Shown here in pieces: positions 1 through 12,619 of a DNA stretch of 64,000 nt (its first letter is position 1; each line of letters opens with the position of its first letter). Below the pieces are notes generated by a model that did no database searches, was not told the origin of the DNA, and saw only the letters and a list, made by a program, of their open reading frames with translations. The translations under genes were made by a program, and so were the position numbers. This stretch comes from Eledone cirrhosa (taxonomy: Eukaryota), in assembly GCA_964016885.1 (NCBI GenBank), contig OZ024757.1, forward strand, positions 9,796,001 to 9,860,000, written 5' to 3'.

Positions 1-252
1 TCAAGGCTAGTACCTTCTTTTCAAATATGGGGCTGAAATGGCTCAAAACAAGACAAATGATCAATGTGTTTTTCCTTAATGTAGGCCATTTAAAGAAAAT
101 TACATCGATTGTTCGTCATGGTTTGAACTGTTTCAGCCCCATATATGAAGAGAGGGTGATAGTCCATCATTTGCCGTTCGTATCTTTCTAATGCACTGTA
201 CTGGTGTTTTAAAACTTATCGGTCTTTTATTATATATCTCACAGGGTCGTCT

Positions 253-303
253 AACCCATGCTAGCGTGGAAGATGGACATTAAACGATGATGATGATGAT
301 GAA
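253..303 (+). mobile_element. Isolated RTE LINE 3' tail with (GAT)n
   Basis: AACCCATGCTAGCGTGGAAGATGGACATTAAACGATGATGAT matches the 3' termini of the RTE copies at ~12500-12544 and ~15569-15623. Confidence 0.7.
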
Positions 304-1060
304 TGCTTTCTGAGATATATAATAAACGACTAAGTTTTAGAAAACCGGTACGCGTTAGAAAAATTACACGAAGTTGGTTTCTTTTTGATTTTTTTTCCCC
401 CTGCCTTTTGATTATAATTTTCACTAGTACATAACTCATTGTTTTAAGGACAACTTTAAGAAAGGTATGTTTGTAGATTAACATAGGTTAATAACAGATT
501 TATCAGACCAGAGTTTATCCCAGTTTCATGCAGTGTCAAGACTTCCCCCTAGACAGGATAACAGTCTATTGCAGAGTTAACCTGCAGCTGCTACTGGTAA
601 ATATTTTTCAACTGAGACGACTTGGGCAATGTGATGGAAGTGTATTGTTCAATTGGATCATGTCCCAACCAGTTCAGGAACCAAACCCACATGATTATAA
701 GCCCAACACCTTAACCACTCTGCATGCCTTCCAACATATCATTAGAGTCCGTTAATTGTGTCAGTTAACCTTATTAGGTCTGATGTGTTTGCTTCTTCTC
801 CTTCTTCTTGCTCTTGCTCAACAAAGTTGGGGTCATTCTGAGCCACCGATTCCAAAGTATTGTTGGTCGTAGAGCTGAATGTGTTTGCTGGTACACCCAA
901 ATGTGTTTTGTGGTATATCCAATTTGGATATTTTCATATTGTGTATGCGTTTATGTGTACAAATACACACATACACACATACATGCACAGAAAAATATCC
1001 ATATATAAAATGAAGTATATTTGATTATAAAATTGTATATTTTAAATCTCTATCCAACAG

Positions 1061-1134
1061 GGAGAAGACCGTAATGAACCACTTGGGGAAGTAGGACTTC
1101 ACCAGAAACTGAAAAATGGAGTGATACTTTGCCG
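1061..1134 (+). pseudogene. Calponin/transgelin (myophilin/Mp20-like) gene, internal exon (CH-domain helix)
   Basis: Acceptor ccaacag, donor gtaaga. Translates GEDRNEPLGEVGLHQKLKNGVILC(R), containing the LKxGVILC calponin-homology motif. The phase-2 end (CG) joins in frame to the exon at 16114. Confidence 0.8.
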
Positions 1135-1239
1135 GTAAGAGAAAATGTTTAGAAAAATGTTGGTTTATTTACATAACTCATGTCTCTTAACTTATTTGAT
1201 ACCAAACCACCTGAAACTGTCCGTATACGTATTGGATGG

Positions 1240-2690
1240 GTCCTTTATTGCACAGCATCTCTCCACTCATCGCGTACACATTCCTTCATCACATTCTCAG
1301 TCAGTCAGTCATTTGAGATCAGTTCTCATCACCTCCGCCAAGGTCGTCCTTCGTCGTCCTCTACTGTGGCTTCCTTCTAGGATGTTTTGGCACGTCTTCA
1401 CCCAGCGATCATCATCCATGTGCATCATGTGTCTGTTCCAACACAGTCTTCTCTCTTGCACACCACTTCTGATTCCTCTTAAACCCAGTTTCTCTCTCAA
1501 TTCATCTAAAGCTCTGCTTATCTCTCAATTTACATTGTACATCCAACAAAGCATAGTCTATGTATCCAGGTTTTGCATTGTGCACATCGTATAGTTTCTG
1601 CTGATTCCTTTTCTGAATATTGAACAGAGCAAATTCTATGAATGAATCAGGGTCCTGTCTTCTTTCCTGCTTATCAACGCTTTAGTTTTTTCAATGTTTA
1701 TTCAGCTCTTTTGATTGTAAATTGTTTTCATAGTTGGAACTTATTCCCTAGTTCTTTTATGGATTCAGCTATAAGAACCAGTTTATCCACACAGAACTGT
1801 TCCCATAAACAGCTGGTCTTAAACTTCCCTGTTATGGCCTAGAGAACTATTATGAACACTAGTGGGCTGAGAAGCAAACCCTGACGAACTCCTACCTTTA
1901 CCTTGAATTCCTCACTGAACTCACTTCCTACTTTCACTTTACAGACAGCTTGCACTGCTCTCATAAGCCATTCTTCTACACTTAAATTTCTTAAGAGCCA
2001 TCAGACAACAGTGAGGTTACTCTGTCAAAGGCCTTTTCTAGATTAACAAAAGCTAAATATAGTGGCTTATCTTTGGCTAGGAACTTCTCTTGTAGTTGTC
2101 TCACTAAGAGGAGGGCATCTGTAGTACTTTTTCCAAGCAAAAAACCAAACTGCATCATGTCCAATTTGACTCTTTCCCTAATTAGCTGTGCTAGAACTCT
2201 TTCCATCACTTTCATAACTTGGTCTATTAGTTTTATTCCTCTATAGTTGCTCCTTTCTAGAGCATCACCTTTACCCTTGTAGCAATTTATGACTGTACTG
2301 CTACACCAGTCATTGGGTTTGACTCCAACCTATACTACCTAATTGACTATGTGGATTACTTCTCCCAATGTTTTTAGCATCTTAGCAACTATCTCTGCTT
2401 GCTTGAGTTTGATTGGCATGGCATGCTTCGTGGTGCCATGTTAACCCACCTGCAGAGTGACACACTTTAGTGTGCAAAATCAAGGTGTATGATGTACACA
2501 AAGATGTTATTTCCACGAGTATGACGTCTGCTATAGTTGAGTAGCCTGTCATTTGACATACATAAATGTTCACATCCTTCATGGTAAGAGTCTCTTTTGA
2601 ACCCTGTTTTGGGAGTGGACTAATATCCCCTATATATTGAACTTCTTGCTTCACTTCAGCATAGGCTCTCTGCTTCTTTTCAAATTCCTT
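1240..2690 (-). mobile_element. Degraded RTE-clade LINE fragments
   Basis: Minus-strand peptides MREKLGLRGIRSGVQERRLCW...RGRRRTT and MKVMERVLAQLIRERVKLDMMQFGF...LEKAFDRV are RT segments homologous to the + strand RTE at 12620-15623. Many stops. Confidence 0.8.
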
Positions 2691-2806
2691 AACACCAATA
2701 GCAATCAGATTTCACTACAAGAAATTGTCTGTTGTGAGATTTTCTCGTGTTTTGTTTTGTTTGGTGTTAGTGTTGACATTCTTCAGGGTTAACTTTCAGG
2801 TAGTCT

Positions 2807-3090
2807 TTAACCCTTTAGCATTTACATTACTCTATATATACTATTGTATTTTCACAGTAAAGGCTTTATCTCACATAGCATTTACATTACTCTATATATG
2901 GTATTGTATTTTCACAGTAAAGGCTTTATCTTATGTAATTATCTCACATAATATCGAATCTACAAGATTTTTATGTTATTTATTTTGAGAACAATACCTT
3001 AACATAAGTATGAGTGGCCAAGCCAATTTGAATAGAAAGAGGTGAGAAAATTCTGGCTGGGTATGGATGGTTTAAATGCTAAATGATTAA
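2807..3090. mobile_element. TTAA-flanked (piggyBac-like) MITE with internal ~60-bp tandem duplication
   Basis: ttaa|CCCTTTAGCATTTA ... TAAATGCTAAATGA|ttaa. Related copies at 34392-34585 and ~30240. Confidence 0.55.
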
Positions 3091-3603
3091 AGCAAGTGAT
3101 GTTTGTCTATGTCCTCTACCTCTATAAACAATATGTCCCACACATTAACAGTTCTACAAAGAAGAGCTGTACATAGCATACTTTAAATGACAAGTAAAGT
3201 CTGGAGCAATGTGAAATGAATTGTCTTACTCAAGGACACATGTCACCCAGTCCTGAAATCAAATAGACAATGTTATAAATCATGAGTCTATTCCCCTAAC
3301 CACTTGTCCCCACATCTTCAAATTACTAGTACAGTTTTCCATAGAAAAAATAGTTAAAGAACTGATACAAAACTGGCTTTAATACTAATACATCTATACT
3401 GAAGTACTTTGGTAAATACAACTTACAGACATGGTTACGTGCAGTGATGGCTGTTAAGAAGTTTACTTCACAACCACATGGTTTTGTGTTCTATCCTACT
3501 GCATAACAACTTGGGCCAATGTATTCTACTATATATAGTCTTGGGTTAACTAAATACCTTCTGTGGATTTAGTAGATAGCAACTGTAACAAAACTTTAGT
3601 GTA

Positions 3604-3798
3604 TGAGGGTTGGCTGAAATGTTCATAAGCTGACCAAGATACTCTCATGGAATGACCAAATGGGGTTTATTTTTCAACAAAGTCTCTAGAAAGAAACAAC
3701 ACAGTTATTAATAAGAGTTGAAATTAAAGCATGCAAGATTTCACAGCTCTAGCATCACTCCTTCATAGTCAGCCTATGAACTTTTCAGCCAACCTTTT
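3604..3798. mobile_element. Tc1/mariner-type MITE
   Basis: ~28-bp imperfect TIRs: AGGGTTGGCTGAAATGTTCATAAGCTGAC / GTCAGCCTATGAACTTTTCAGCCAACCTT, with TA at the left flank. Confidence 0.6.
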
Positions 3799-4649
3799 AA
3801 GTGTGTATGCGTTTGTGTGTTTATCTCTACTCTTTACATTTAACACCACCATTTTAGTCTCTTAGTTATCTTTAGTAGAAGGCATGCTGTTACAAATATT
3901 TGGACCACACCTCAGGGTTTTAACCCTTTCGTTTCCATAATTCTAATGAAAAGTTTTGCCTATGATTTTCAAATAATTTTGAAAATCAGTTAAGAATTTG
4001 TATTAATTAATATTAACTTTCTCTTATTTATCTAGAGTTTGGAAAATAAAAGCTGTATTATTTAAAAGTATTTATATTTATCTAAAAAGAAAAAAGAAAT
4101 TCCATTATGATTTTGCTCGGGTATTAAATAGCAGTTATGTATACCATTTATGTCAATACTTCAGTGCTGCTTCGAAAACTATACTTTTACAAAATCATCG
4201 GCTTTTTCCCAAAGGGGGTTCCTGCCCACAGGGGTCCCCTACTCAATGTGTCACGTTTTATGAAAATCGGTTGTGAACTCCCAGAAGTTATGACGTTTTG
4301 TTGCATTGCACAGCAGTGCTTCAGTCGACTCCAAGGAAGCGGTTGAAAGGGGGTTATCTGCCGGGTTATCCTATAGTCAATATCTGGAAAAATGAAAGTG
4401 CCCATGACCATCCGGGGTACATAAGTAAGCTATGTCTTAAGTTTGGTGAAAATACTGTAGAAATGCATAAGGCTTACACACACACACGTGCGTGTGTGTG
4501 TGTTTGTGTGTATGTATTTGTGTGCGTATGTATGTGTATGTCCGTCGGCGCATATGTATGAACTGGCCTAAATCTTCACTATTTACTTTTACTATTTTAA
4601 TAACCTCTGTCATTTTCATTTTCAATTTTATTTACATTCTTAAACTTTG

Positions 4650-4950
4650 GGGCTGGAAATCATTCGGTTATTTTAAATAGAATATTAGTCTAACTCCATT
4701 TATACCATAAACTTGATCTTGTCTTTACATGAAATTGTTCTTCTCAGTCCACATAACGACGTATTATCATCGCTTTTTTCCCCCTTCATTGCCAAGGAAC
4801 GTCTTCACGAACCAAAATATCGTCTTTCTGTTTTCCTTTGGTTGCAACGCTTCTCGAAATACTTACTTCTGCATTCACAGATTTCAGAAGATCCCTTTAA
4901 TGTTGAAAGCAGCGATTCTTTGCTTAAACTTAAATCTGTTCTTATAACAA
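4650..4950 (+). repeat. Solo 3'-end (pLTR-like) copy of the Penelope family at 9260-10790
   Basis: Colinear similarity with 10490-10770, including CAGAAGATCCC...GAAAGCAGCGATT...TGCTTAAACTT.AATCTGTT. Followed by (TA)n. Confidence 0.6.
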
Positions 4951-5095
4951 ATATATATATATATATGGAAAGTTATATTTAAATTGTTGGGTTACAACTA
5001 GTAAATATTAATAACTGATATAAAAGCACTCGACAAGTATTTGGAGTATATTTACGATATTAAATAAATGGAAACTATATTTATAAAACCATATT

Positions 5096-5161
5096 TATTT
5101 CGTTATATATATTTCAGGGATATCATATTAACAATATGCTATGCCTTCCTCAGACAAAATA
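5096..5161 (-). ncRNA. Type I hammerhead ribozyme (PLE pLTR), mirror copy
   Basis: Exact reverse complement of 8355-8420. Confidence 0.75.
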
Positions 5162-5983
5162 CAATATAAACAGTTTTATAGATAAATAGATTTGACATAC
5201 CGTACAACATCGACTTGTATTTGAAAAGTTGAATTGGCAGTGAAAAAATTGTAAACAGAAAGAAAGAAAGAGAGAAAAAAAAAGAAAGAAAGACAGAAAA
5301 CGAAGAAAAAGAAGAAAAAGAAGAGATGCATGGAACAAAATAGAGAGATGGAAAGATAGATAAAGAGAAGAACTTCATGTAAAGAAACAGAGAGAGATAT
5401 ATATAGAGAGAGGAAATAGATAGAGATAGATATATATATAGAAAAATATGTAGTTGGACATCCGTTGAGTAAACGTATCAATGATACATTTATTTATTTA
5501 TTTATTTATTTAGCCCTAGTATTAATGTAAGGGAGATATATGTGGTTAGGAGAGAAACCAGCAGTTATATAGAGAGAAAAATGAAAAGTAACCAGACATA
5601 GGCGAGGCATATAAACCCTATGTTTTAATGTAGAAGTATTAATATGTATAAAAAATATGTATAAAAACCAGGCACTATATTGAAAATATCAGTATTCCTG
5701 AATGAGACACGTATCCATAATGTGTGAAAAGTAATGATCTTATGTTTAGTTTTAAAAAATTCATATGTTTATATGATAACTACAAACATCGATGTGAATT
5801 TACATGATGCTATAAAAATTTAAGTATACACATATGTGTATATATATACACATATATATATATAGAGTCTATATTACTACTATTCTTGTCTTTACTCTAC
5901 AAGATTATCTATCAAGCAGAAATAGAGAGCAGATTTCAATATATTAATAAAAAATATATCAGAAACAAAAACCAAAAAACAAC

Positions 5984-6016
<33 letters not shown>

Positions 6017-7499
6017 ATAATAAAATAGAAAACTAAAAAATGTAAAACTAAAAAATATTACGAAAAAAATATTACATATTAAAAATATTACATATTAAAA
6101 ATAAAAATATTAGAAAATACTACAATAATAAAAATAAACCACAAAGATCAACCCTTCAAAATTAATTGACAATATATTGCCAAGTTCATTATAAGCATCA
6201 AAGTCGAAAACAGATAAAGCTCAGAATTATTTATCAAATCGCATTTAGCAAAAATCATTTCAAAAAGTTTAGGATGCCCATTTGGTCTACATGTGTTCTT
6301 ATATTTAATATAGAAGTTTATCTAGTGTAACGTTTATTCGAAATATTTGGAGCATCAACTTTTAGGGTAGTTTAATTTTCCATGAAGAATGTTTAAATAA
6401 AAATAAAAATAAAAAGAAGAATAAAAAGAAGAAATCGAAAGATTTATCGGCTAGTTTCCCAAATACTTATAAATCAAACTAAGTATACTACATTTTAAAT
6501 TTAAATTTATATTTATAAGTTGAGTTTAATCTATGTTTGCAGCAACTGAATACATTTGTCCGTAGATTAAGGGAATTTTTAGATTTTAGTATAAAGAATA
6601 TCTCCTCTGCGCAGAGGTCACATGTCTCAGAGGATGAATTAAAAGGAATTCCTCTTGAGACTATATTCCAAGCCGTCGAATATCTAACGTTATCTAGCTT
6701 AAGTTGCCAGAGTACGCCTGATAGTGCCGTTGAAGATTTTTTGCTTGGATCTGTGAAAGAATTCTTGTGGTTATTATAGCGAAGTTTAAATTCCGTCGAT
6801 GTGGAACCGACGTAGTTAAAAGAATTAGAATCAGTTTTAACATTACAATTGTATACTATATTTTTAACTAAGCAGTTGTTATTTAACGGACATTTAGATC
6901 TATCTCTACAGTTACATTTGTTAACTTGTATATTATTTATGCTATTATCACTAGGTTTTAAGTTCCTATTATTTATTCTATTAATATTTTATGCTAAATT
7001 TTTGGTGGATGAGTAGGTTAATTTTATAGTATGTCTATTGAAAATTGAGTGATACCTATGTGTTCTAGGGAAGCGATTATCAAGAGCTTTAAAAAATAGT
7101 TTAGCGATGTGGGTTTTAATGTTTAGTGAGAAAGGGGGGGCAAACCAAATTATGTTCCTAGTTCTATTTCTTTTTTGGCCCTTGGAATTATTGTAATGCT
7201 TTCTATTATAGTTGTTAATTTTTTAAAGCTCTTGATAATCGCTTCCCTAGAACACATAGGTATCACTCAATTTTCAATAGACATACTATAAAATTAACCT
7301 ACTCATCCACCAAAAATTTAGCACAAAATATTAATAGAATAAATAATAGGAACTTAAAACCTAGTGATAATAGCATAAATAATATACAAGTTGTAGTATT
7401 TTCTAATATTTTTATTTTTAATATGTAATATTTTTAATATGTAATATTTTTTTCGTAATATTTTTTAGTTTTCTATTTTTTAGTTTTCTATTTTATTAT

Positions 7500-7532
<33 letters not shown>

Positions 7533-8354
7533 GTTGTTTATTGGTTTTTGTTTCTGATATATTTTTTATTAATATATTGAAATCTGCTCTCTATTTCTGC
7601 TTGATAGATAATCTTGTAGAGTAAAGACAAGAATAGTAGTAATATAGACTCTATATATATATATGTGTATATATATACACATATGTGTATACTTAAATTT
7701 TTATAGCATCATGTAAATTCACATCGATGTTTGTAGTTATCATATAAACATATGAATTTTTTAAAACTAAACATAAGATCATTACTTTTCACACATTATG
7801 GATACGTGTCTCATTCAGGAATACTGATATTTTCAATATAGTGCCTGGTTTTTATACATATTTTTTATACATATTAATACTTCTACATTAAAACATAGGG
7901 TTTATATGCCTCGCCTATGTCTGGTTACTTTTCATTTTTCTCTCTATATAACTGCTGGTTTCTCTCCTAACCACATATATCTCCCTTACATTAATACTAG
8001 GGCTAAATAAATAAATAAATAAATAAATGTATCATTGATACGTTTACTCAACGGATGTCCAACTACATATTTTTCTATATATATATCTATCTCTATCTAT
8101 TTCCTCTCTCTATATATATCTCTCTCTGTTTCTTTACATGAAGTTCTTCTCTTTATCTATCTTTCCATCTCTCTATTTTGTTCCATGCATCTCTTCTTTT
8201 TCTTCTTTTTCTTCGTTTTCTGTCTTTCTTTCTTTTTTTTTCTCTCTTTCTTTCTTTCTGTTTACAATTTTTTCACTGCCAATTCAACTTTTCAAATACA
8301 AGTCGATGTTGTACGGTATGTCAAATCTATTTATCTATAAAACTGTTTATATTG

Positions 8355-8420
8355 TATTTTGTCTGAGGAAGGCATAGCATATTGTTAATATGATATCCCT
8401 GAAATATATATAACGAAATA
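8355..8420 (+). ncRNA. Type I hammerhead ribozyme (PLE pLTR)
   Basis: UAUUUUGU-CUGAGGA-[AGGCAUAGCAUAUU guu AAUAUGAUAUCCCU]-GAAA-UAUAUAU-A^-ACGAAAUA. Stem I is 8 bp, the core is intact and stem III is a short palindrome. Predicted cut at 8412/8413. Confidence 0.78.
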
Positions 8421-8460
8421 AATATGGTTTTATAAATATAGTTTCCATTTATTTAATATC

Positions 8461-8461
<1 letters not shown>

Positions 8462-8544
<83 letters not shown>
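8462..8544. repeat. (TA)n microsatellite, PLE insertion site
   Basis: About 40 perfect TA units. Confidence 0.95.
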
Positions 8545-8547
<3 letters not shown>

Positions 8548-8960
8548 AAGAGAGAGAGAGATGCTTTGTACGGCTTTTGGAGGAAGGAGTGACCAGCAGT
8601 ACGTTGTTCGGTATTATTACGAAAAGGTATAGCAGAGAATCCCGCGTGAACTAACAGCTCGGGAGGAAATTGCTTATCTCGAACATTCATTCGCCATCGT
8701 TCTTGTCAACGCTCCGTTTTTTTGGTATTCGTTGGTCTACAGTTTGATGAATGGCGCACAAAGGGTTAATGTTTATTGGCAAGAAGTTTTTTGAATAATA
8801 AAAGACGGGTTAAAGCAACCTACAATGTATCTGTATATATATATCTATATATATATCTATATATATCTATATATATATAAATGTAAGTATGTACGTACAT
8901 GCATGTATACAGACGTACAGTAGTATGTATATATATATATATATACATACATGCACACAT

Positions 8961-9058
8961 ATATGTACGTATGGGTTTACCGAACATTTATTAGACAAAC
9001 CGAACATTTATTAGAGATACCGAACATTATAATAAATGTTCGGTCAACCCATACGTAC

Positions 9059-9062
<4 letters not shown>
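8961..9062. mobile_element. Small palindromic MITE-like element with internal 20-bp repeats
   Basis: 33-bp arms ATATGTACGTATGGGTTTACCGAACATTTATTA / TAATAAATGTTCGGTCAACCCATACGTACATAT (1 mismatch). ACCGAACATT occurs three times at 20-bp spacing. Confidence 0.55.
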
Positions 9063-9092
<30 letters not shown>

Positions 9093-9259
9093 ATGTGTGT
9101 ATATATATACATGCTACTGTATGTCTGTATACTTGTATGTATGTACTTATACATACTTACATTTAAGTATATTTTCCGCCTACACATAAATATAGTAACA
9201 TTTTTAATAGAAATACTATTAAAATTTCTTACTCTACGACTCCTAACCTTGCACACAAC

Positions 9260-10790
9260 ATCACAGCTTCAAATTTAGCTAAACTACCTAGCCGTAGGAA
9301 CACGTGCAACCCTGTAGTTAGTACTAACTGTAATTGTAGGAATCGGGCTGATTGCCCCCTATCCGGAAAATGCCTCTCTAGTAACATTGTCTACAAATGT
9401 AAGGTTGTAACACCCACGTCCCGTAGGGCCTACACAGGGTTAACCGCCAATAGTTTCAAGCAGCGTCTTTACTTGCATACCCATTCTTTTCGTTACCCTC
9501 TAAGAAGGAATATGACGTCACTTTCAGCTTATATCTGGAGTCTAAAAGACAACCACACCCAATATAAGTTACACTGGGAGATCCTAGCTAGGGCTAGATC
9601 GTATAACGGAAATAAAAGACCATGTGACCTCTGCGCCGCTGAGGCCCTGGAAATACTCTACGCTACAGACCACATCTTAAACAAAAAATCTGAGGCAATT
9701 TCGGCTTGTAAACATAAATTGCACAAAACTTTCCTGTATTACAGCCCCACGTTATACCCTAACGGATAGCACGATCTATACATGGATATTTTACGTCTTG
9801 ATGTGGGAGCTAAGTATATGTTTTGTTTATTCCTTTACTTATTTGCATAGGTAAGTATATATTACCCGTATGTTTTGTGAAGGTATGTATACCTTCTCGT
9901 ACGTATATTTGACTGTTATAGCGTATAATTTTTACATATTCTGGTATTTAGGGTTTGGCTATGTATATACGGGAGTTTTTCGTCCGCGTGAGTGTGTAGG
10001 TTCGTACGTATGGTGGGTGTGTGTATATGTGTACTTCTTGTTTTAGTTGACTTACGTCTCCTAACATTCGTGTATTTATATGTAGGTATGCGTGTGCGCT
10101 TGTTATATACGTATTTATTTACTTATATACGTTTATATAATTATTTATTTATTTGTACACAAACATACACACACACACATATTTATATGTGCGTGGTTTT
10201 GTATACCCATGGTAAGGTTTTGCGTATGCTTGTGTATGTACGTATCTGTTTGCGTGTATGTATTTATTTGTTTCTATTACTTCTGTATTGTATTTATTTA
10301 CTTTGTTCTTAACTCTGTAGCGGAGATTCATTTGGTCTCCTAGTTAGAATTTTAGTCTACGACTTCTGCTATACCATTTACGTGGTTTTGTCTTTGCGTG
10401 CTATTGTTCTCCACGCTCCACATATGACTTATTATCTTCGTTTTTTCGTTCATTGCCAGAGAACGTCTTTATGCACCACTTAAGAGAACATTAGTCTACG
10501 ACCTCTTTTATACCATAAACGTGGTTTTGTCTTTGCGCGTAATTGTTTTTCACCGCTCCTATTAATGACGTATTATTCGTTTTTTCCCGTTCTTTGCCAG
10601 CGAACGTTACCACGAACCAAAGTATCGTCTTCCTGTCTTCCTCCGGTTGCAATGTTTTTTTAAATATCCAGTTCTGCGTTTACAGATTGACTTTGTTAGT
10701 TTCAGAAGATCCCGTTAAGGGTGAAAGCAGCGATTATTTGCTTAAACTTTAATCTGTTATTTTAATAAATATTTGCTCTACGGTTCTTAT
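9260..10790 (+). mobile_element. Second Penelope-like (Hydra-type) family, 3' fragment (GIY-YIG C-terminus plus 3' region)
   Basis: Reads CNCRNRADCPLSGKCLSSNIVYKC...YTGLTANSFKQRLYLH...W...CDLC...ILNKKSE...CKH to the stop at 9769. A ~150-bp tandem repeat at 10340-10620 is followed by a pLTR-like end. Confidence 0.78.
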
Positions 10791-10892
10791 ATATTTGATA
10801 TATATTTTCCTTATCGAGGCCTCTTTGGATTTTAGTCTTCAATTTTATTATTATTACTATATACAGATACATATATATATATATGTGTGCAT

Positions 10893-10932
<40 letters not shown>

Positions 10933-11281
10933 GTGTGTATATATACATATATTTTTATGTGTATATCTATATGTGTATATGTTTGTATATATATATATGT
11001 AAATGTGTGTATGTTTGTATATATATATATGTGTGTGTGAATATGTATATATGCATATATAAGTATGTGTGTGTGTGTGTGAATGTAGCGAAGATAATAC
11101 GTCAGCAATGACGTGTTCGTCAGAATGTCGTTATGCAGAGAGCCAGACATACAGACAGATATTATAAGGGCTCGACGGGGATCAATAACCGGCGCCAAAC
11201 ACCTCTTTAACAACAGAACATTGAAAAATAAAAGCTGTAGTTAGTATCTTTAGACCACAAGGAATATATAAGTGCAATTCT

Positions 11282-12544
11282 AAACATGGAAGCATGGCGT
11301 AGAATCTAAAGGCCTTAAAATTAACCTGCCTAAGACCAAAGTTCTAGTATGTAGGAAGGAAAATAGGGCACTGGTCCCATCTGGGAAATGGCCATACTCA
11401 GTGTGTAGGAAAGGAGTAGGCAGAAACTCCATTTTATGTCCCAAATGCAAAGTATGGGTGCATAAAAGATGTAGGTAAGCTATCTAAGAATATAGATTTT
11501 ATATGTGGCCGGTGCTCAGGTGCAATAAGTAGCAGCAAGTGCCCACAGAATACTAGCTCATTCCATTGCACAGATGGTTCTATAGAAATAGTGGACACCT
11601 TCCGTTACCTGGTTGACAAAATCAGCAGTGGTGGAGGGTGCTCTGAAAGTACAGTAGCTAGAGTCAGAACAGGATGGAAAAAGTTCAGAGAGCTTATACC
11701 ACTATTGGCCACTAAAGGGTTCTATCTAAAAATGAAAGGCAGGCTGTATGATGCCTGCATACGAACAGCAATGTTACATGGCAGTGAGACTTGGGCATTG
11801 TGTGCAGAGGATCTACGTAGACTGGAGAGGAACGAAGCTTGCATGCTCCGTTGGATGTGTAATAGTAATATACATAAACGGCAAAGCATAAATTAAATAA
11901 GTGAGAAATTAGAAATAAGAGGGATCAGATGCTGTTTACTCGACGGAAGACTACGTTGGTATGGTCACGTGATGTGCATGAAAGACGACAGCTGTATAAA
12001 AAAGTGCAGGGCGATCAAAATAGACGGTAGCCACGGAGTAGGCAGACCCAGAAAAACCTGGGACGACTTGATAAATTCCGACCTCACACACTTACAACTC
12101 TCCAAGACAATGTCACTGGACAGAGATCTTTGGCGTTACGCAGTAATACAGAAGACCCGCCTTGCCTAAGTGCAAAGCGAAACCTACAGTCAGTAGGCAC
12201 CTCTTACCAAAATTCACCCCGTCCCACTACCCCTACCCCATTCACACCACCCCTTTCGATGTAAAGTTACGTTGGTACCACAACATCCAGTCCTAAATAA
12301 ATGAGGTCGTGTAGGTGTCACGACAAAAAACACACAGTCCACGCTGTAATGTGGCCGTGTAGGTAATACGGTAAAAACCTCCAAGTCCACACTGTAAACG
12401 TGGTTGGTGTTAGGAAGGGCATTCAGCCGTAGAAAACCCACCAGACAGTCTTATACGAGCAAGACAACCAATCTTGTCTCAAGTGGGAAAATTCCCGTCC
12501 AAACCCATGCCAGCGTGGATGATGGACGTTAAACGATGATGATC
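11282..12544 (+). mobile_element. RTE-clade LINE, 5'-truncated 3' portion
   Basis: GKWP.SVCRKGVGRNSILCPKCKVWVHKRC zinc-finger-like insert, FRYL...ARVRTGWKKFREL...MLHGSETW...MLRWMC, and a 3' UTR ending in (GAT)n. Confidence 0.9.
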
Positions 12545-12619
12545 ATAAGTTTGAAGTCAATCGGAGTAGAAATGTGGATTTGTATAGACTTTGCAAAAAT
12601 GAGGACACACACACAGACA

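Larger units (their letters stand above)
4967..8463. mobile_element. Penelope-like element (Hydra-type), 5'-truncated, fold-back structure in (TA)n
   Basis: The minus arm 4967-~7220 encodes a degenerate GIY-YIG C-terminus (6490-7220) homologous to 18559-19300. The plus arm 7218-7392 is the reverse complement of 6923-7097, and 7393-8463 is the reverse complement of ~5053-6125 (identical mirror ORFs 5176-5481 / 8035-8340). (TA)n on both flanks. Confidence 0.88.

Noticed and set aside
1878-1895. CTGACGA motif
   Set aside because: It is the antisense of the RTE GVRQG coding motif and has no hammerhead stems.
5139-8377. Identical 101/79/62-aa ORF pairs as duplicated genes
   Set aside because: They are low-complexity by-products of the Penelope inverted arms.
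8545-8830. Unique GC-richer patch between TA tracts
   Set aside because: No ORF, splice pattern or RNA motif could be supported. It may be a TE fragment and needs a database search.
11095-11132. Minus-strand CUGACGA followed by hairpin ACACGUCA-uugc-UGACGUAU
   Set aside because: No GAAA or stem III follows, so it is not a supportable hammerhead.
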